Below are positions 58,865 to 64,000 of a stretch of 64,000 nucleotides of DNA, in pieces. The notes under the pieces are model-generated. The model saw only the letters and a list, made by a program, of their open reading frames with translations. It searched no databases and was not told the DNA's origin. Each line of letters begins with the position of its first letter. Position 1 is the first letter of the stretch. The DNA is taken from the NCBI GenBank assembly GCA_045565515.1, contig JBJLFF010000019.1:46960-110959 (forward strand), in the 5' to 3' direction. This stretch comes from Candidatus Puniceispirillales bacterium (GTDB lineage Bacteria > Pseudomonadota > Alphaproteobacteria > Puniceispirillales > GCA-002684695). A program made the translations under genes and the position numbers.

Positions 58865-59811
58865 AAAACCGATGATCTTAATCTAGGGTCAACAATTACA
58901 TAAGCTATATCAACAATAAATGTTACGACGACAACTGAAAATACAAGTAACATAATAACGGATTCAACCACAATTATATCTCTTTGTGCTATACTTTGAA
59001 AAATTAATCTCCCAAGCCCAGGTAAGAAAAAAACATTTTCAATAATAATAGCACCTGCCATTAAAAAGGAAAATTGAAGTCCAATGATAGTCAATACTGG
59101 AATTAATGCATTTCTTATTCCATGGTGTACCAAAGCCTGATTGTAGGACAAGCCTTTTGCTCTTGCAGTTTTGATGAAATCTTCATTAAGTGTGTCTATT
59201 AAAGCAGACCGCATTACTCGGGCTAAGATTGATGCTTGTGGCAATGCTAAAGCTATAGCAGGTAGCGTTAAAGATTTTAAACCAAATAATATTCCAGCTT
59301 CCCAGCCTGGGAAACCGCCCGCAGAAAACCATCTTAAGATAATTGCAAATAAATAAACAAGTAACATTGCAAACCAGAAATTTGGGATTGCAATTCCTAT
59401 TTGAGTAATTCCCATTACTGATAAATCAGAGACTTTTCCTCTATTTGCAGCTGCATAAATTCCAACTGGAAGAGCAATAACCGTTGATAGTATGAGTGCA
59501 TATATTGCTAAAGGTAATGATACCCACAATCGTTCAGAGACCATTTCTATAACAGGTGATCTATATGTATATGAAATACCAAAATCACCTATAAGCATAC
59601 CTTTTACCCAAACAAGATATCTTTCAAGTTTAGGTTTATCTAAACCTAATTCTTTTTTAAGGGCAAGTAATGTATCTTCCTGAGCATTTATACCAAGCAT
59701 ATATGATGCAGGATCTCCAGGTATTATCTCTAAAGAAATAAAAATAACTATTGAGGCAATAACTAATGTGACAAAAAGGGTTATTACCCTTCTAACAAAA
59801 TATTCAAACAT
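58861..59811 (-). CDS. peptide-type ABC permease (DppB-like)
   Basis: 316 aa. N-terminus FEYFVRRVITLFVTLVIASIVIFISLEIIPGDPA and TARAKGLS block. ATGA overlap with the next permease gene. Confidence 0.88.
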   Translation of the reverse strand: MFEYFVRRVITLFVTLVIASIVIFISLEIIPGDPASYMLGINAQEDTLLALKKELGLDKPKLERYLVWVKGMLIGDFGISYTYRSPVIEMVSERLWVSLPLAIYALILSTVIALPVGIYAAANRGKVSDLSVMGITQIGIAIPNFWFAMLLVYLFAIILRWFSAGGFPGWEAGILFGLKSLTLPAIALALPQASILARVMRSALIDTLNEDFIKTARAKGLSYNQALVHHGIRNALIPVLTIIGLQFSFLMAGAIIIENVFFLPGLGRLIFQSIAQRDIIVVESVIMLLVFSVVVVTFIVDIAYVIVDPRLRSSVL

Positions 59812-59830
59812 TTATAAAGTCTTGAAAAAT

Positions 59831-59855
59831 ATCGGGATGCATTACGCATCCCGAT
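59831..59855 (-). terminator. intercistronic hairpin (attenuator/terminator) after the SBP gene
   Basis: ATCGGGATGC-attac-GCATCCCGAT is a perfect 10-bp stem. On the minus strand it is followed by ATTTTTC. It lies between the SBP stop (59864) and the permease start (59811). Confidence 0.65.
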
Positions 59856-59863
59856 ATTAAAAG

Positions 59864-61348
59864 TTAGTTTTGCCAATATACTGCTGTTAAATCAGTAGCT
59901 TGTGTAGGAGAATTTTCCCACATTCCAACTACACCTGAATTAACAACACTAAGCTGAGCTCTTTGAAAGAGATAACCATTGACGTAATCATCAGCTATTA
60001 TTTGTTGAGCATCTTTCATAAGGCTTGTTCTTTGTACAGGATTTGTTTCAGCCGTTAGATCATCCATGACCTCCTGAAATTTTTTGCTATCATATTGAAA
60101 GTAATAGTCAGGTCTAGCATAAATTCCAATGTCAAATGGTTCTGTATGAGAAACAATTGTGAGGCCATAATCTTTACCCCTAAATACTTGTTCAAGCCAT
60201 TGAGCCCACTCAAGATTTGAAATTTCAACATTAATTCCAACCTCTCTTAATTGTGAAGCAATTATTTCACCACCTTTTCTAGCGTAAGCTGGTGGCGGTA
60301 ATTTAAGAGTTGTAGTAAAGCCATCAGGAAAACCAGCCTCTGCTAATAACTTTTTTGATAGCTCTGGGTCGTAGTTTGATTGTCCAGTTAAATCAACATA
60401 AGCAGGATGATGTGGAGCAAAGTGTGTTCCTATAGGCGTTCCATATCCAAACATTGCTCCATCAATAATAGCCTGCCTATTAATAGCATGTGCCAAAGCC
60501 TTCCTTACTTTTAAATTATCAAAAGGTTCCATTTTATTGTTTGTTGAAAGGATAGTCTCACCTTCATTTGAACCAATTAAGACGTTAAAGCGAGGGTCCG
60601 CATCAAATTGGACAAGATTTTCTGGAGCAGGAAAGCTTTTAAATACATCTACATCTTCGGCCATCATAGCTGCAAATGCAGCTGATGGGTCTGAAATAAA
60701 TTTAAAAGTTGCACTTTCAAGTTTAGACGGCGTTCCCCAGTAAGAATTATTTTTCTTTAGTTCAATTCTATCTCCTTGAACCCATTTATCAAAAACAAAC
60801 GCACCTGTACCTATTGGATTTTGTTTAATGTTTTCTATACTTTCTTCTGCAACGATTACAGCATCACCCCATGCAAGATTAAAAAGAAAATTACCATTTG
60901 GCTTATCCAGAGTAACCTTGACTTTATGGTGATCAAGTATTTCAACACTAGTTATACCCGCAAACAATGCTTTTTGTGCATTAGTAGTATCTTCAGCTCT
61001 TGCTCTATCTAAAGAAAATTTAACATCATTTGCATCCATATCACTACCATCATGGTATTTGACACCTTTATTCAAATGAAATGTATAAGTTTTTCCATCA
61101 GAAGAAACATCCCATGATTTTGCTAATCCAGCCACAATTGATCCATCTGAAGCAAACCTTGTTAAACCCTCAAATACATTAGAGTATAAAACTTGATCAA
61201 TAGCACCAGCTGCAGCACCTGTAGGGTCCAAATGTGGTGGCTCTAACTGTAAACCAACTGTCAAATCAGTTTTAGCCGCAAAAGCATTTACTGAAAAAAC
61301 AAAAGGTAAAACAAATATAATTGAAAACAATTTCTTAAAGAATTTCAT
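59864..61348 (-). CDS. family-5 periplasmic substrate-binding protein (DppA/OppA-like)
   Basis: 494 aa. Signal peptide MKFFKKLFSIIFVLPFVFSVNAFA. Family-5 style blocks GLTRFASDGSIVAGLAKSW and YHDGS. Confidence 0.88.
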   Translation of the reverse strand: MKFFKKLFSIIFVLPFVFSVNAFAAKTDLTVGLQLEPPHLDPTGAAAGAIDQVLYSNVFEGLTRFASDGSIVAGLAKSWDVSSDGKTYTFHLNKGVKYHDGSDMDANDVKFSLDRARAEDTTNAQKALFAGITSVEILDHHKVKVTLDKPNGNFLFNLAWGDAVIVAEESIENIKQNPIGTGAFVFDKWVQGDRIELKKNNSYWGTPSKLESATFKFISDPSAAFAAMMAEDVDVFKSFPAPENLVQFDADPRFNVLIGSNEGETILSTNNKMEPFDNLKVRKALAHAINRQAIIDGAMFGYGTPIGTHFAPHHPAYVDLTGQSNYDPELSKKLLAEAGFPDGFTTTLKLPPPAYARKGGEIIASQLREVGINVEISNLEWAQWLEQVFRGKDYGLTIVSHTEPFDIGIYARPDYYFQYDSKKFQEVMDDLTAETNPVQRTSLMKDAQQIIADDYVNGYLFQRAQLSVVNSGVVGMWENSPTQATDLTAVYWQN

Positions 61349-61401
61349 TTTTTAATCTCCCTTTTTTATAATCATGCGCTTAAAATTATTTAAAATTCAA
61401 G

Positions 61402-62682
61402 TTATTTAAGCAATCCTTGTAAAGAAATTGCCATAACTTTAGCACTGTCAAGCATATCATCAACAGAGATGTATTCATCAGGTTGATGCGCCAAATCAAG
61501 AATACCTGGACCATACGCAACACAATTTTTTAACTTCCCTATTCGTTCAATATGCTTTTGGTCATAAGTTCCAGGAGAAATAACATAATCAGGTTGAACA
61601 CCTATTATTTCTTTAATTGAATTACTCAGCTCACTAACCAAATGAGAATTTTTATCAGCCATAGTTGGTATCACTTCATGTAAATCACTAATCTTATATT
61701 TGAAGCCTTCTCTTGAAGTTTCTAAATTATCCAACAAACCTTTAATATCTTTCTTAACATTATTGATACTTTCCTCTATTAAAAATCTTCTATCAATTAT
61801 GATTTTGCAACTGTCGGCTACAACTGCAGCTGGATAACCACTAAAGTCTTCCTCTTGTTCAACTTCACCGCCATGAATAGAATTAATATTCATTGTCGAA
61901 GTTTTAGCTCCGTCAGGTACGACTGGCATCTTAGTTTTTATAGTTTGTAATTTTGGGTAAAGTTTTTCTTCAAATTCTTTCAAAACAGCTCCCATATGAC
62001 GTATGGCACTATCGCCTAAAAATGGCATAGACCCATGAGCGATTCTACCAAATGTTTCTATTTCTGCCCACCAAACGCCTCTGTGACCAAGACATATTCT
62101 ATCCTTATTTAAAGGTTCAGGAATAATTACACTATTAACCTTACTAGGTGAGAAGTAACCTTTACTTGCTAAATAAGCTACTCCTCCATAACCACCCGTT
62201 TCCTCATCAGCTGTAAAAGAGAATTCTATTTTTCCAGGATAGTTTGGAAATAATGATATAAAGCTTTCAACAGCTATAATAGATGACGCTATACCTCCTT
62301 TCATATCACATGCACCACGACCGTATACTAAACCGTCAATGCACCTTCCTTCAAAAGGATCAACTGTCCAACCTTTTCCAGTTTCAACTACATCCGTATG
62401 CCCATTAAAATGAACTGTTTTACCTTGTAAACCGCCTTCCCTAGAACATACTAAATTCCATCTTGGGAATTTGTCACTATCCCCCGGTGTATCGTAAGCC
62501 CTTATGAGCTTAGCTGTAAAACCGCTCTTTTCCATTCTTATTTTTAGATATTCACAGATTTCGAGGTAGTTGTTTCCTGGAGGATTTAATGTTGGAATTT
62601 TGATTAGTTTTTGAGTCAAATCTATTAAATCATCTCTGCGACTTAAAATATCATTTAGAAGATTTTCTGATTTGAAATCCAT
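61402..62682 (-). CDS. M20-family metallopeptidase/deacylase (ArgE/DapE/ACY1-like)
   Basis: 426 aa. Metal-ligand blocks HFNGHTDVV, GRGACDMKGG and TADEETGG. Confidence 0.88.
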   Translation of the reverse strand: MDFKSENLLNDILSRRDDLIDLTQKLIKIPTLNPPGNNYLEICEYLKIRMEKSGFTAKLIRAYDTPGDSDKFPRWNLVCSREGGLQGKTVHFNGHTDVVETGKGWTVDPFEGRCIDGLVYGRGACDMKGGIASSIIAVESFISLFPNYPGKIEFSFTADEETGGYGGVAYLASKGYFSPSKVNSVIIPEPLNKDRICLGHRGVWWAEIETFGRIAHGSMPFLGDSAIRHMGAVLKEFEEKLYPKLQTIKTKMPVVPDGAKTSTMNINSIHGGEVEQEEDFSGYPAAVVADSCKIIIDRRFLIEESINNVKKDIKGLLDNLETSREGFKYKISDLHEVIPTMADKNSHLVSELSNSIKEIIGVQPDYVISPGTYDQKHIERIGKLKNCVAYGPGILDLAHQPDEYISVDDMLDSAKVMAISLQGLLK

Positions 62683-62784
62683 AAGAAATCCTAAAAGCTA
62701 ATATCTAATAACTTACAAATGATTATAGTTTAAGTTAAGAAATTATTTAATAAATATTAAATTTAATAAAATAATGATATCAAA

Positions 62785-63609
62785 CTAGGATAAAATTATA
62801 TTTTTATCATGTGTTAAACTAGGGATTTTATTTCGAACTAATTGGACTTCTTCTAAATCAATATTAGCAAATGAAACCCCTCGTTTGCCTCCAGCATCAG
62901 ATATTATTTCTCCCCATGGGTTGACAACTAAAGAATGACCATATCCACCTCCTCCACCTTGAATACTTCCAATGGCTCCAGGGGATATAATAAAAACTCC
63001 ATTTTCAATCGCTCTAGCTCTATTTAAAACATGCCAATGCGCTTCGCCTGTCTTTTGAGTAAATACGGCAGGAATAAATATTATTTCTGCACCTGCATGA
63101 GATAACTCTCTATACAAATATGGAAATCTTATATCATAACATACTGTTTGTCCGAGAATTCCAAATTTAGTTTTAGTAATAGATACATTTTGGCCACCAG
63201 AAACCGCATTGCTTTCTCGGTACTTTTCAGTTTCAGATAAATCTACATCAAATAAATGCACCTTATCATACCTGCTTATAATATTCCCATCATCATCAAT
63301 AATAAAACTTCTATTGAATATTTTCCCTTCTGAGTTAAGGATTGCTATTGATCCAATTAAAATGAAGACTTTATTTTTTTTAGAATATTTTTTTAATTCA
63401 TTTAAGACTATATGATCTTCTTCTATTGAAGAAGGTGGTCTTAACATTCCATTTTCAGTTTTAAGGCCACCACAATATTCTGGTAGAGCTATAAATTTAG
63501 CACCTTCATTTATAGCTTGATTAGATAGACTAAAAATTTCTGTCAGAGCTGATTCAAAGTCTGGTTTTGGTTCTGTCTGCACACAGGCAATTTTAAAAAT
63601 ATTTTCCAT
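62785..63609 (-). CDS. nitrilase-superfamily carbon-nitrogen hydrolase (Nit/omega-amidase-like)
   Basis: IACVQ start block, Glu in ALPEYCGG and catalytic Cys block QTVCYDIRFP. I prefer the ATG at 63609. The track start at 63618 is GTG. Confidence 0.85.
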   Translation of the reverse strand: MENIFKIACVQTEPKPDFESALTEIFSLSNQAINEGAKFIALPEYCGGLKTENGMLRPPSSIEEDHIVLNELKKYSKKNKVFILIGSIAILNSEGKIFNRSFIIDDDGNIISRYDKVHLFDVDLSETEKYRESNAVSGGQNVSITKTKFGILGQTVCYDIRFPYLYRELSHAGAEIIFIPAVFTQKTGEAHWHVLNRARAIENGVFIISPGAIGSIQGGGGGYGHSLVVNPWGEIISDAGGKRGVSFANIDLEEVQLVRNKIPSLTHDKNIILS

Positions 63610-63652
63610 AGTATTCACTATAAAATAATCTGCTTAATCTTAAACAAAAATT

Positions 63653-64000
63653 TTATAAATTTTTATATTGAGACGGCATTACTCCAAATTTCTCTTTAAA
63701 ACTTTGCGAAAATTGTGAGGAACTTGAAAAACCACATGAAAAAGCAATTTCTGTAATTGAAAACTGTGATTGTTTAAGTAATTTTTGTGCAAGTTCCAAT
63801 CTTAATTTTCTATAAACATCCATCGTTGTTTTATTTAAATTTTTTTTGAAAAGCCTATTTAGTTGACGTGGACTTATATCTACAATTTCAGATATTTCTT
63901 TAAGAGACAATGTATTAGAAAGATTATTTTCCATAATTTCTATTGCTGATACTATTTTTGAGTTATTTACATTGTACCTTTCAACAATACCAGATCTTTG
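63653..64000 (-). CDS. AraC-family transcriptional regulator, N-terminal part beyond window edge
   Basis: C-terminal double HTH (LSLKEISEIVDISPRQLNRLFKK ... ITEIAFSCGFSSSSQFSQSFKEKFGVMPSQY). The frame stays open upstream of the track Met (…QRSGIVERYNVNNSKIVSAIEIMENN) to position 64000, so the gene is truncated by the window. Confidence 0.85.
   Translation of the reverse strand, partial: QRSGIVERYNVNNSKIVSAIEIMENNLSNTLSLKEISEIVDISPRQLNRLFKKNLNKTTMDVYRKLRLELAQKLLKQSQFSITEIAFSCGFSSSSQFSQSFKEKFGVMPSQYKNL

Noticed and set aside
58401-61012. ORFs 58401-58628(+), 59171-59356(+), 59492-59683(+), 60055-60240(-, alternative frame), 60537-60743(+) and 60776-61012(+)
   Set aside because: They are shadow frames within the Dpp-like permease and SBP genes.
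63209-63415. Plus-strand ORF (68 aa) inside the nitrilase-superfamily gene
   Set aside because: It is antisense to the nitrilase frame, which carries the catalytic Glu and Cys blocks. The product is low-complexity.

Overview
The window is AT-rich (about 30-33% G+C from hand counts) and about 95% coding, with many ATGA/TGATG start-stop overlaps. The core genes (zapE-mdh-sucCDAB-lpdA and sdhAB) are organised as in Alphaproteobacteria. Composition and gene packing fit a streamlined marine alphaproteobacterium such as SAR11/Pelagibacterales, but this is inference and was not verified. I support about 60 CDS. I saw no rRNA, tRNA, CRISPR array, transposase or integrase.

Contents in order:
- The TCA module, headed by a cytoplasmic Cys-type sulfatase.
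- A protocatechuate/beta-ketoadipate operon (MBL-pcaD-pcaC-pcaHG-pcaIJ-pcaF).
- A split TPP decarboxylase (ComDE-like), divergent from a non-Pyl MttB-family methyltransferase.
- sdhB-sdhA.
- An LLM oxidoreductase / acyl-CoA dehydrogenase / ADP-forming acyl-CoA synthetase / unknown membrane protein operon, followed by a LIV-type ABC importer.
- pncA and a frameshifted methyltransferase.
- An aldehyde dehydrogenase divergent from a RidA / hydrolase / flavin-reductase-fusion / AA_synth / CaiB / aminotransferase operon.
- An MBL hydrolase plus a stand-alone cNMP-binding protein.
- Two tiny paralogous membrane proteins beside the largest non-coding gap (454 bp).
- alaX and two TauE genes.
- yejABEF and a LysR regulator.
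- An 11-kb minus-strand peptide/amide-utilisation array (AraC-Nit-M20-Dpp-like ABC-ALDH-SDR-DmpA).

Most notable observations:
1. sdhA is a strong single-gene compositional outlier and is not preceded by sdhCD.
2. The pca operon lacks pcaB and begins with an MBL-fold enzyme.
3. Two uncharacterised operons stand out: 23179-28902 and 36727-41802.
4. A possible minimal cyclic-nucleotide module sits next to a paralogous micro-membrane-protein pair and a candidate sRNA region.
5. A methyltransferase is interrupted in a T8 tract.

All family calls rest on motif recognition by eye. No alignments or searches were run.
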